DNA from: Proteromonas lacertae
Taxonomy: Eukaryota
NCBI GenBank assembly: GCA_002245135.1
Contig: NGBS01000025.1
Location: 62,001 to 102,803 of the forward strand
Length of the DNA stretch: 40,803 nt
Reading direction: 5' to 3'
Below are positions 22,362 through 32,769 of this stretch, in pieces (position 1 is the stretch's first letter; each line of letters starts with the position of its first letter). Position numbers and translations under genes: made by a program. The notes under the pieces were generated by a model that did not search any database, was not told where the DNA came from, and was given only the letters and a program-made list of their open reading frames with translations.

Positions 22362-23561
22362 ATGCGATATATAGGAGTTGATATTTTTTTAATAATATCT
22401 GGTTATTTCAATATACAAAGTATCATAAAATATAAATCGCGATGCTTGTATTTAACAAAAAGATTATCAAGATTAATTCCTTCATCATATATTGTGCTAT
22501 TGTGTATTTTATTATATTCAAATATGATTAGCAATTACAATATATTATATATTATGAAGGATTTACAATACTGTTTATATCAAATAATGAATATCATGTT
22601 GTATAAAAAATCTATTAACTACTATTCACAAGATTATAAAACAATTCTATTACATTACTGGTCATTATCATTAGAATGGCAATATATTGTTCTTTCTTGT
22701 TTGATATATAACAATATAACAATATATATACGTATTGCAATCATTCTTATTTCTATATTTTCCACTTTTTATTATAGTACTAGGGATATTAGTTTTACAT
22801 ATTTTAGTATAGTATGTAGAATATGGGAATTTATTATAGGAGAATTATTCTATATAAATCACAAAAATAATCAAAAGATGTTAATACCATCATTTATTAC
22901 TCTTATTCTTATAAGCATTATTAAAGCTTCTAGATTATTTATACTTATACTACTTACTGCATTTATGATTATATTTCTAATTGAAATAAATAACAATTCC
23001 ATCTTTAGCTTATTTATATTTAAATATTTAGGAAATATGTCTTATGTGTTGTATTTAACTCATTATCCCTTACTAAAATTATCAAAAAATAATACTTTTA
23101 TGAAAATATTTATATTTTCTTATTTATTGAATTTCATTGAGCAAAGATTTAGTTTATTTTGTAAAACAAGTGCATATTTTATCATCACATATATATCTAT
23201 AACAATCATATTTTCATATTTATGTTACTTAATAGATAAAAATAATCATAAAACATTAACAAAAGTAGTTGATATGCACAATTTTTCAAATTGTGACTGG
23301 TATAGCTTAAATAAATTGTATGTCAGTAAAGTTTGTATCTTTAATACAAAACATATTATAAAATCTGATATCTTGTTATTGGGTGATTCACATTTGCTTG
23401 CATGGTTAAAAGTCATTAATGATTTACATTTATCAAAATATCCTTTAATTTTGGTAAATAATTATATTGAATCAATATGTAAAAAAGAACTAAAATTTCT
23501 ATATCAACTGCTTATAAAAATATATAATATTATTTTCATTTCTCATTATTTACATAAGTAA
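22362..23561 (+). CDS. Second AT3-SGNH O-acyltransferase paralogue, possibly truncated
   Basis: GVDIFLIISGY, KRLSRLIP, LLHYWSLSLEWQY, RIWEF, LGNMSYVLYLTHYP and LLLGDSH motifs. Confidence 0.85.
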   Translation: MRYIGVDIFLIISGYFNIQSIIKYKSRCLYLTKRLSRLIPSSYIVLLCILLYSNMISNYNILYIMKDLQYCLYQIMNIMLYKKSINYYSQDYKTILLHYWSLSLEWQYIVLSCLIYNNITIYIRIAIILISIFSTFYYSTRDISFTYFSIVCRIWEFIIGELFYINHKNNQKMLIPSFITLILISIIKASRLFILILLTAFMIIFLIEINNNSIFSLFIFKYLGNMSYVLYLTHYPLLKLSKNNTFMKIFIFSYLLNFIEQRFSLFCKTSAYFIITYISITIIFSYLCYLIDKNNHKTLTKVVDMHNFSNCDWYSLNKLYVSKVCIFNTKHIIKSDILLLGDSHLLAWLKVINDLHLSKYPLILVNNYIESICKKELKFLYQLLIKIYNIIFISHYLHK

Positions 23562-23639
23562 AATTATTAGAAAAAGTGTGTTTAAGAAGTTTTTTCTATA
23601 TTAAAGATATGTTTGTCAGAATTATAACAAATTGACTAA

Positions 23640-24319
23640 ACCATTATCATATTTGAAATCATACCTATTCCATTTTTTAGGTATTTGATTAATAGCAAGT
23701 TTATATCTGTTCCTTTCCGAGTTATCCAAAAGCAATATTCTTCCATTTTTTTATAGCTCTTATTATGCAACCAGCTCTAGCTCTCCCATCTATACTAATT
23801 ATATCATATTTTCTATTTTTTATTAACCTGCTATTTACATATGTTTTATAACATAGCTTATTAAAACTAATGAATTGTTATGACATATCTTCTCTAATAT
23901 GATGTAGTTCAATTTTGTTATTTATTGAAAGTTGTTTAGTAACATTCTTGACAGATTCTGACCATTTCTTAGAATGCTAACCATATTGTGCTTGACCCAG
24001 AACTCCATTCTAATCCAATTGAATTAGAAGACAATATATGATCTAATATAAAAATGCATTCTCTAGATTTCCATGGCTCGCAATTATTACCAATGGAAAT
24101 ATACTTCTTCCTATATACACCTAATTTATGGTTATTTTTACATAAATTGGTTGGAATTCTTTTATCTCTCATCATTTGTATATATATACTCTATAAATTA
24201 TGAACTTTATTATCTATATTTTCATAATTAATATGTATATTTGATAAATAAAATGGTGAGAATCCAATACAAACAATTAAAACAATTATGCATATACAAA
24301 CAACAATATTAATGTTCAT
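23640..24319 (-). pseudogene. Class I SAM methyltransferase pseudogene with N-terminal anchor
   Basis: ATG 24319 plus TM, then an in-frame stop, then PW...GLEWSSGSSTIWLA*. YDIISIDGRARAGC and LLLDNSER follow downstream across frame breaks. Confidence 0.7.
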
Positions 24320-24829
24320 TTCAATTCATCATATAATTTTCATCAATATTATTAGTTAATAATATTTAATACACAAATTTAGATTTATGAATAAGAGTTA
24401 GGGTTAAATGTATCATAGACAAATGGGTTATTTTTAAATCTATAAATATTTTTTGGTTTATATGTAAAATATTTTAGTTATTTCTTCGTCATTAATACTT
24501 TATATACCATTAATTACATTATCAATATATATTCTTTTCTATATTAAAACTAATCAATCTTGTAGAAAAAAATAAAAGAAAAAAACATCAAGCTTGATGG
24601 TTTGACTAAGTAAATCTTTATTTTTTAAGATTTAGATCATTTAAATGTATAATTACTCTATTTATAATACTTTATAATATATGAAACTATAGGGATATCA
24701 CATTACCTCCTCTCGCATCGAAAGAAGATGAGGATTTATTCAATTGCTGTATGTTAGAGAAGTAACATTTTAACTACTTCAAAATTATGACATATACTCC
24801 AAGCCAAAGTCAATTCAGATTCTGTCAAC

Positions 24830-24990
24830 AAAAATCTATTTAAATTAATAACCTTCAATGCAGTCAGTACCACAATATTAGACTCACCAGAATTTAGAAG
24901 GTTTGCTTCAAACTAGGATATATTATACCTCTAAGAGAGTTTTATAAGATTATTTATTTTTAGAAACTGAGAAAGTTAGAGACTTATTGA
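24830..24990 (+). pseudogene. Possible hAT transposase remnant
   Basis: FNAVSTTILDSPEFRRF followed by frameshifted LGYIIP resembles the hAT post-BED segment; very short. Confidence 0.3.
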
Positions 24991-25604
24991 AGACAAATCA
25001 TTAATATCCAGAAATAGAGATTTATTATTATTATTACATTAATATTTGTTATTTTGAGATAGTAATCAATATAAATTAATCATCAAAATAACAAGTAGTT
25101 TATAAATATGTTAAATATAACTATTGAGTAGTTTGTAGATGAATTTTAATATATTAGTATAGATATTTATACAATTTCAACCAATCTTAGTCATAACTAT
25201 AGTAATTAAGGTAAAACAAGAAGCAGGAATAATATTCTATATAGTATGGTAGTTTGTATAAAGCAAATGTTACTCAGTATGTAATTAAAATAGATTTAAC
25301 AAAATAATGCTCGAGGTGTGACCGACCAACGGTCAAAGTTAGATTAAAGGTTTTACCTATAACTATAGGTTACCTATTTATACAACCCTGATAATAATGA
25401 TAAAAGTATATAAAAACCAAATGTTGTATCATAAGTTCTATATTACAAGTATTTTATTTATATTATTTTGATGTACAGTATTTTTCAATAACAATTAAAT
25501 CCTTCTCACTCAACTTTTCCAAGCCAAAGTTTTGTAACGAATATTTTCACATAAGAAGTTTTCTTTGTCATTCAATAATGCCGAGCTTCAAGCCTTAATC
25601 ATTA

Positions 25605-26087
25605 TTGATTTTCGCGCCAACTCCTTTTCAGCTACTGAATTACTCGTTACTGAAATATTCAGACATAACTGGTATAAAGCCAGAGAGACTCAGAAAGATG
25701 ATCCGAAAGTTACAAAAAGGAGAAGAAATCGATAAAGTGAATGTAAGCAAAGGCAAAATGAGACCTCTGGGGAAAAGTGATGGAGAGATCTTGTTAGAAG
25801 AGATCAAAAGAAACAATCGAGCAACGTTAAGACAACTTCAAGAAGCTATTAAAGCTAAAACGAATAAAGTAGTGTCTATAAGCACAGTTCAAAGAACATT
25901 AACAATGTATATGAAGAGAGATGTATTGCCAACAATTACATTAAAGAGGTTCATAAGCAGAGGATCAAGAGTTTGCGAGATAAATAATCTAAAGGAAGAG
26001 AGAAAAATAGTAGTTCGAAAATTTTTGGCATATCTAGAATCAGGTTATCGTCCCATCTTTGTGGATGAGTCACATTGGATATCTTAA
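25605..26087 (+). pseudogene. Tc1/mariner-IS630 transposase N-terminal half (HTH plus first catalytic D)
   Basis: NNRATLRQLQEAI...VSISTVQRTL (HTH) and RPIFVDESHW; truncated immediately afterwards. Confidence 0.8.
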
Positions 26088-27688
26088 TCATTTCATATTA
26101 TATTTTACAACCCTGGTTATTGTTATTGCTATTACCTATATTAAATATTTAAACGTATACAAGCACTTTATATTATGATGCAAGATATAATATAATCGGA
26201 ATATTATGAACAAATCTTTAAATTAAAATATGGTAATTATTATAAATATTAGATACAGAAAGAGATATTTAACGTGGTGCTTAACCTCTCTTAGAAACAA
26301 ATATGATGCAATAACTCAATTTAATCAAACAACACATCGTGCAATTAAATTTATAGTTAAATATATTATTATTAATATTCTGATATAGTCAATTGTATTA
26401 TTGGATGGAAAATGATGAAGTTTGTAACATGAAAATACGTGGAAAACTTCTTCAATTAAATAATTTCTTCTATAGAACTATTAATAACTCAGAATATATT
26501 CAAATTATATATCGCTATCAAAATTTATAAAGAAAATAGAATAACACCAAATGACTATAATATACTACCAAAAGTTATGGACTTCAGCATTTATAAAGCA
26601 AAAAATAGTTGTACAATTTCTGTTGTACAAAAAGCATATTCAAAATTTATCATAAAACCTAATGCATATACAAGACATACTAGACATCTATCACATGGGT
26701 TGAGCAAGGCAAATTTTATTTATATTTTATAAACACATAATTATTCTAATACTGATATGTCCTTTTTGTTTTATGTCCTTTTTTCGTGTCTATTCTGAAC
26801 TTATGAATAATCATAATTTAAAAGGGTTAGGGTTTCTAAGAGAGGTTATTGTAATTTTTGTATATCATTATAATAAAACTATTTGAATTTAGGTTTTCTA
26901 GAAGTAGATATTTTTTTTAATGTCGGGATAATAATAGTATCATGGTTTGCTTCAATAGTTTTATTATATATTGTTTCACATTTGATATAATATAACAAAA
27001 AATTGTATTTAGCTATTATTAATAATACGTTATTGTTTCAGTGTGTGAATGGAAGCTATTCACGAATGATTCATATTTTTCATTTTTCTCAAGAATTTAG
27101 TAATTTATTATTATTAATGGTAATATCATTTTTTTCGTTAAACGACTGGAAAGATTTATTCCTCCACTTTCTATTCTTACATTATCACACATAAGAAATG
27201 TATCATACAACTTCTATTTATTTCATTACATAATAATATTTATTATTAATGAGTTTAACATTAAATCAAAAAACATTTTTGTATGTTTTTTATTCGTTTA
27301 TGTTATAGCATATGTATTTACAGAATATTATGGAAAACCAATTTGAAAAAAAGTAACCAATGCATTTATACAAGCTACTTTCATTCTATTTCTCAATTTA
27401 ACTTTAATAATATTAATTAAACGTTTAATTAATATATGTATAACTGTAAGAATATCACTGTAGGTGCGTACCAGACTATTCTTAGGTGCCTTCTACAGGT
27501 AAGAATAAGCGATTTGAGTGTAAATTAGTTTTTGGTACGGGTTATACTGGAGCAAGTGGTGAATTTAAAATTGTGTATATATTTTTGTGTATGAGTAATT
27601 TTATGGGTTAAAATATTTTCTTTTGTTTTTTGTATATAATTTCATTTAACTTTTTCTTATTGTTTTTTATCAATCATAATTTCAAAAA

Positions 27689-28042
27689 ATGTCAAGAATT
27701 TGGATCGAGAATGTTAATATAGAAGATAGAAATAAGCGAGAAGATGAAGAATTTGAAAGAATCTATGCAATTATTGAAAGTGAAGTTGCTAGAATAGTAG
27801 CTCAACCATCACCACCATCACCTCCAGTAGTAATGTGGTATACATCTGATACAGCTGATGAGGATGATAGAAAGTATGAAGAATGGCGTGCAATTCATAA
27901 ACCAACTAGAGTAGCACAAGCAACCATACGCCCTAGAAAATGGGTTGATCCTGAAGAGGAGCGCAGAAAAACAAAGATGTTAAAGCGTTATGGCATTGAT
28001 GAAAAAAACATCATTGAAGAAAGACTAAGATTTCATAACTAA
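27689..28042 (+). CDS. Hypothetical viral protein (117 aa)
   Basis: Intact ATG ORF with charged composition and an A-rich leader shared with ORF 29297. Confidence 0.65.
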   Translation: MSRIWIENVNIEDRNKREDEEFERIYAIIESEVARIVAQPSPPSPPVVMWYTSDTADEDDRKYEEWRAIHKPTRVAQATIRPRKWVDPEEERRKTKMLKRYGIDEKNIIEERLRFHN

Positions 28043-28170
28043 TTCTTATATCATTGGTTTTAATTGAATTTTTGTTATTTGATTGGCTGAATAGAAATAA
28101 ACATAATATTACATAATTCTTTTCATTCGTAAATTTCTTGTGATTTTTGAAATAATCTGCATAAATTAAA

Positions 28171-28727
28171 ATGAGTGATATACAAAATGAACTCGATGTT
28201 AGTATTGAAAAACAAGATGAAATGCCTGATGTAAAATCATTAATTATTAAAGTATTTAAGGATATGTTGGATGGTATGTATTCTGTGATTGAAGAGTATG
28301 AAGATGATCCAAAATGGAGTAAACAACCAGGTGATGATATTGATATAACAATGGAAGAAGAAGAAGTGAAGGAAGAACAAAGTGAATCTAAATCTAAAAA
28401 AGAAAGGATATAACAAAGTCAGATCCAGATTCACAGATATGTAGTACTTGCGGTAAGAAGAAAGCTAATGATGAATTTGGTTATAAGAGTGAAGGTGTAT
28501 TCTATAAATCTTGTGCAGAGTGTAGAAATAAGAAGAAGAGAAGATATGAAGAAGGAAAGAAAGGAAGTGATAATAGTGGAGAAGATAAGAAGCGTAAAGT
28601 AGAGAATAGTTCCACTGCCGAGGGTCGACCAAAGGTAGAGGTTGCTAAAGTAGAAACACCTACAAGTTCTATCCCGGGGGTAGCTACAGTAGATCTATCT
28701 ACATCACCTACTTGTATAATTAATTAA
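28171..28727 (+). CDS. Acidic protein with CxxC...CxxC zinc finger (frame break near 28410)
   Basis: Downstream frame reads CSTCGKKKANDEFGYKSEGVFYKSCAECRNKKKRR up to TAA 28725-27. Confidence 0.6.
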
Positions 28728-28791
28728 CTTTTGGTTTAAAATTCATTTTTATATTTCTATACGTTTTTATATATAAATAATTTCACATAAA

Positions 28792-29119
28792 ATGTCATTT
28801 AATAATACACAATATTCAACTATGCTTAATGATATGAATGATACATTAACAAGTCTAAAGCAAGAAGGTCTTATATCATAGATATTGTCCAGCAGAAATC
28901 ACTGAGATATTAAATGAGCCAGAACCTGTAATAAATAGAGCTTTAGGTAAAACTACTATTGTTTCTGCTATTCCATTTACTTTAACACCTGAAAATAGTA
29001 GAATAAATTCCAGAAATGCTAGTGATAATGAAGATGAAGAACCATTAGAAACAGAAATAGAAATTATTCCTATTAATAAACCTGAGATTGAAATTCAAAA
29101 ACCATTCATAAATATTTAA
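28792..29119 (+). pseudogene. Small acidic hypothetical protein, broken near 28880
   Basis: ATG after CACATAAA; two fragments with protein-like composition. Confidence 0.45.
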
Positions 29120-29296
29120 TTTTATATAGTCTTTTTTCGTATTTGATTTTGAAAGTTATTTTTTGTACCCCCTTAAAAAATTACATAAAGAAAAACCGTT
29201 TTTTTCATTCACACTTTTCTTACTCATTTTCAGTATTATATTTTTTTCATTTTTTTACTTTAATAGAAAATTAATTATTCAATCATACAATCAAAA

Positions 29297-30468
29297 ATGC
29301 CAGCAGACAGAGTCAAACAACCAACCAATTCAGAATTATGCTCTCAGCTCCCATTAAAGGGACAGGCTTATGAGTTCTATCAGAAAGTGAGTCGTAACAT
29401 CCAGCATTTAAAGACATTTTGCGACGAAATGTATATTCAAAGTTTGGCTTATGATGACAGCAAAAAATCAAAGAAGAAGCAAAGTCCACCACAATTCAAC
29501 TATATCGAATTAGAGAAGTCAGCTACAGCAGTTAATTATTGCTTTTCATGTAAGTTTGATAATCAGAAGTTAATTCCCATTAAACATCTAGAAACATTAG
29601 ATCAAAATGAGTATATGAATTTATACTTTAGTGACGATGAGATGAAGAGTATAGTAAAACCAAATGTAAAACAGATTAAACCTTTTATTCAACCTCAGTT
29701 AAAACAACAACAACCACAACAAGAACCACCACCACCAACTGTACCTCAAAAACCTAAAAGAGTTTATAAAAGAAGAACTGATACTGTAAAGAAACCTAAA
29801 ACAAAAGCAGTTATTGATAGTGATGATGAATTAGTTCATTTAAAGAAAAGAAAGATTGTTAAGGATTCTGATTTTGTTGATGAAGAACCAATGGGTATAA
29901 TTGTGAAAGATAATGAATCAAGAACATCTGCTGATGATTTATTAAGTAGCCAAAGTCCTACCTTTACACCTCCAATGTCACCAAGGTCTGATACTACACT
30001 TCTTGATGTTACTGATATTGATATTCTGGATGGTGAATTGAAATATTTTAATGCTGAATTAACTAAAAAAGATGAAGAAAAACAAAAAGAGATAGAAGAG
30101 AAAATTAAACATCAAGATGCAGAGAGAAAGAAACAAGAAGATGAAGAAAAAAAGAAAAAACAACAAGAATAAGAAAGAGTTAGAAAAGTACAAGAAGAAG
30201 CAGAGAGAAAAAGAAAACAAGAAGAAGCAGAAAAGAAAAGAAAAGAAGAATTAGTGGTTATTAGAATGCTTCAAGAAGAAGAGAATATGAGACAACAAGA
30301 AGAGTTAAGAAAGAAATGGGTATTAGAACAAAAGAGACAAATGGAAGAAAAGATGAAAAAAGAAAACGATGAATTAGAAAAGAAAATGGAAGAAGAGTTT
30401 AAGAAGAGAATTGAAGAAGAGAATTGAAGAAAGCTGAAGAGTTTGAGAAGATGATGAAGAACTTATAA
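29297..30468 (+). CDS. Pro/Gln-rich and Glu/Lys coiled-coil viral protein; internal TAA at 30170-72
   Basis: 291-aa ORF; the same frame continues as E/K/R-rich coiled coil after the stop. Confidence 0.65.
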
Positions 30469-30604
30469 GTATTAATATATACTTTAAATTTGTCTGGTTT
30501 ATGCTTTAATCCATATACTTGAAAAAGCACTTTGAATTCATTACTTTGATGAAAATTGGTGTTTGTTTAATATGTTAAAAATAACATAAATAAAAACATA
30601 AAAA

Positions 30605-31765
30605 TTATACGAAATCATTAAATAGCGAATTTTTCTTATATACTCTACCATATCTACTTTTTCTACCTTCTGGTGCTGGTTGAATATCTGCTTCTATAGG
30701 TTGTGCTTCATTATTTATACTATGAATTTGTCTTAATCTAAACTTACCATTTGTGGTAATACTATTAACTGGTACTCTTTTAATTTCATGTGATTTGAAC
30801 CTATATGAACCTATATCTCTAGGATTGAACTCTTTAGGTATTGTTCCATCCAAGTTCTTAACAGAATATGAAAATGGTCCAACTTTGTGTATTTGGTATA
30901 CTTTATCAGTATAATAAGTAGTTTTTTGAAGTTTGTTATCTCTACGTTCTTTTATTCTTACAAAATCATCAGCTTTAAAATGAGTATCACTTTTACGCTT
31001 CTTTAAGTTTCTAGCATGGGATTCTTTACACAATCTATCTTGGACTTCAAAATCATTGAATACTTCATTTGGAGTTAGATTATTGAGTGCAGAATGTGGT
31101 TTTGCATTGTAATCATCTACAACAGTATATGCTATATTACACAATGATTCAATATTGTTAATTTTATCAAATTCTTCATCAGAAAATGTATTAATTTTTC
31201 TATAAAACATATCTTTAATAGTTCTCACACATCGATCCAATATTTTCATTATATTATGTTCATTACGTTCTTTAAATATAAATCGTATATGATTTTTATT
31301 AAACAAATCTAAAAATTTCTTACCATAGATAATACCAGACTCTTCATCTGACAATATACTTCCTACAAAACGAGCGTTTTCATCCTTAGATTGCATACCC
31401 TGATAAAACCATTTTTCAAACACTGGATACACATCATTTTCTGATTTAGATTTAACATAATATATCCAACACTTACGACTAACAACTTCTATAATTAACA
31501 AAAATGGAACTTTTGTATTGTTGAAAAACACTAAATCTATCTGATATGACCCAGGTAACTTTTCAATTTCATATTTAATTCTATTCCTTTTAGTTGCAGT
31601 GATTTGATAATCTGGTTTAGACTCTACAAGTTCACTACTAGCTTTTTTAATGTCAGATTTTTTAAAGTTATTCTCAAGTTCATTTACAGAGAAATTAATA
31701 AAGTCTCGTTTGTTTAAATAACCATATGTTTTGTATAACTCATTTATTTTATCTTGTAGTGACAT
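30605..31765 (-). CDS. Retroviral-like (rve) integrase, Polinton type, intact
   Basis: GSYQIDL, IEVVSRKCW, ILSDEESG, LDRCVRTIK, YNAKPHSALNNLTPNE and the FKADDFVRI SH3-like tail. Confidence 0.9.
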   Translation of the reverse strand: MSLQDKINELYKTYGYLNKRDFINFSVNELENNFKKSDIKKASSELVESKPDYQITATKRNRIKYEIEKLPGSYQIDLVFFNNTKVPFLLIIEVVSRKCWIYYVKSKSENDVYPVFEKWFYQGMQSKDENARFVGSILSDEESGIIYGKKFLDLFNKNHIRFIFKERNEHNIMKILDRCVRTIKDMFYRKINTFSDEEFDKINNIESLCNIAYTVVDDYNAKPHSALNNLTPNEVFNDFEVQDRLCKESHARNLKKRKSDTHFKADDFVRIKERRDNKLQKTTYYTDKVYQIHKVGPFSYSVKNLDGTIPKEFNPRDIGSYRFKSHEIKRVPVNSITTNGKFRLRQIHSINNEAQPIEADIQPAPEGRKSRYGRVYKKNSLFNDFV

Positions 31766-31833
31766 TCAAAACAATATATATAAAATATGAATGATATATA
31801 TTTAAAGAATTAATGAATTAAAATATAATTAAA

Positions 31834-32610
31834 TCATTCTTCTACCTCTCCCAAATCCTTATCACTTAAAGTGTTACCACCATTACCAAAGTTAATAGAC
31901 TTAGCAGCACTAATAAAACCATTACTAATTACTTTCTTAGCAGGGAATGGTCTACGAGTACTAATTAAATCACTATCTTCTATCTTAGTTCTCTTAATTC
32001 TTGGAGGTGAAACAAATTTGCTTTGATTAGCTTGTTCTTTCTTAATTTTCTTCTCATTACTTCTTCTAATAGTTGTAGCTAAATCAGGATTTTCATCATA
32101 ACCAACAATATCACTACAAACTCTATGATTAACAAAGTTTTGAGTACCATTACTCTTAATAGAGATTTGATTATCAACAACACTTACAGCAATTTTACTA
32201 CCAACATCAACATTAGATGGAACTCTATAGTTACTATTATCCCATATCATAATAGAATTGAAATTGTGGAAGTATTTAATACCATGTTGAGGTTCTCTAC
32301 ATCCTACACTAATCAAATATCCACGAATGATTTTTTCTATAAAGTCATTCTCGTTTCTATCATAAATTTGTTTCAATACATATTTCACTTCATCAGCTGA
32401 ATATGTTTCAAAATCTCTTCCATTATTAATTACAACTTTATGATCCAAATCATGAACAAAAGTAATCAATACATATTGACTAGTTTTAGTAGGCTTAACT
32501 GTAATACTCTCAACAGTTCCTTTAATAATCCACTTGTTACATAACTTTGAATTTTTGTAATAATCACTGAATTCTACATCTGTAGCTTCATAGGGTGTTT
32601 CGTTACTCAT
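31834..32610 (-). CDS. Hypothetical protein, possible OB-fold ssDNA-binding protein
   Basis: WIIKGTVESITVKPTKTSQYVLITF and SIMIWD...VGSKIAV resemble OB strands; acidic C-terminus; divergent from PolB. Confidence 0.45.
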   Translation of the reverse strand: MSNETPYEATDVEFSDYYKNSKLCNKWIIKGTVESITVKPTKTSQYVLITFVHDLDHKVVINNGRDFETYSADEVKYVLKQIYDRNENDFIEKIIRGYLISVGCREPQHGIKYFHNFNSIMIWDNSNYRVPSNVDVGSKIAVSVVDNQISIKSNGTQNFVNHRVCSDIVGYDENPDLATTIRRSNEKKIKKEQANQSKFVSPPRIKRTKIEDSDLISTRRPFPAKKVISNGFISAAKSINFGNGGNTLSDKDLGEVEE

Positions 32611-32694
32611 TTTATATAAGGGAGAGATGAAAATAAAAATGATTAAAAAATGTCAAGAAAAATGAAAATGAAAGTTTCTTTTTATTTTTAAAGT

Positions 32695-32724
32695 CGACCA
32701 ATCAAATCATCCGACCAATCAAAT
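32695..32724. promoter_or_regulatory. Tandem CGACCAATCAAAT (CCAAT-box-like) in divergent intergenic region
   Basis: Exact 13-mers at 32695-32707 and 32712-32724; core ATTTGATTGG also at 28077-28086. Confidence 0.45.
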
Positions 32725-32769
32725 TTCATATTTCCATTTTTGATTTATTTCGCAAATTCTGTCTATATA

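Noticed and set aside
25381..26115. TACAACCCTG 10-mer on both sides of the transposase fragment
   Set aside because: Direct rather than inverted, and it does not fit a TA target duplication; may be chance.
26110..26720. Possible decayed paralogue of the first glycosyltransferase-like gene (YYWMEND, HLSHGLSK)
   Set aside because: Too fragmented to support.
26824..26834. Telomere-like GGGTTAGGGTT (also GTTAGGGTTA near 24397)
   Set aside because: Fewer than two full repeats; not an array.
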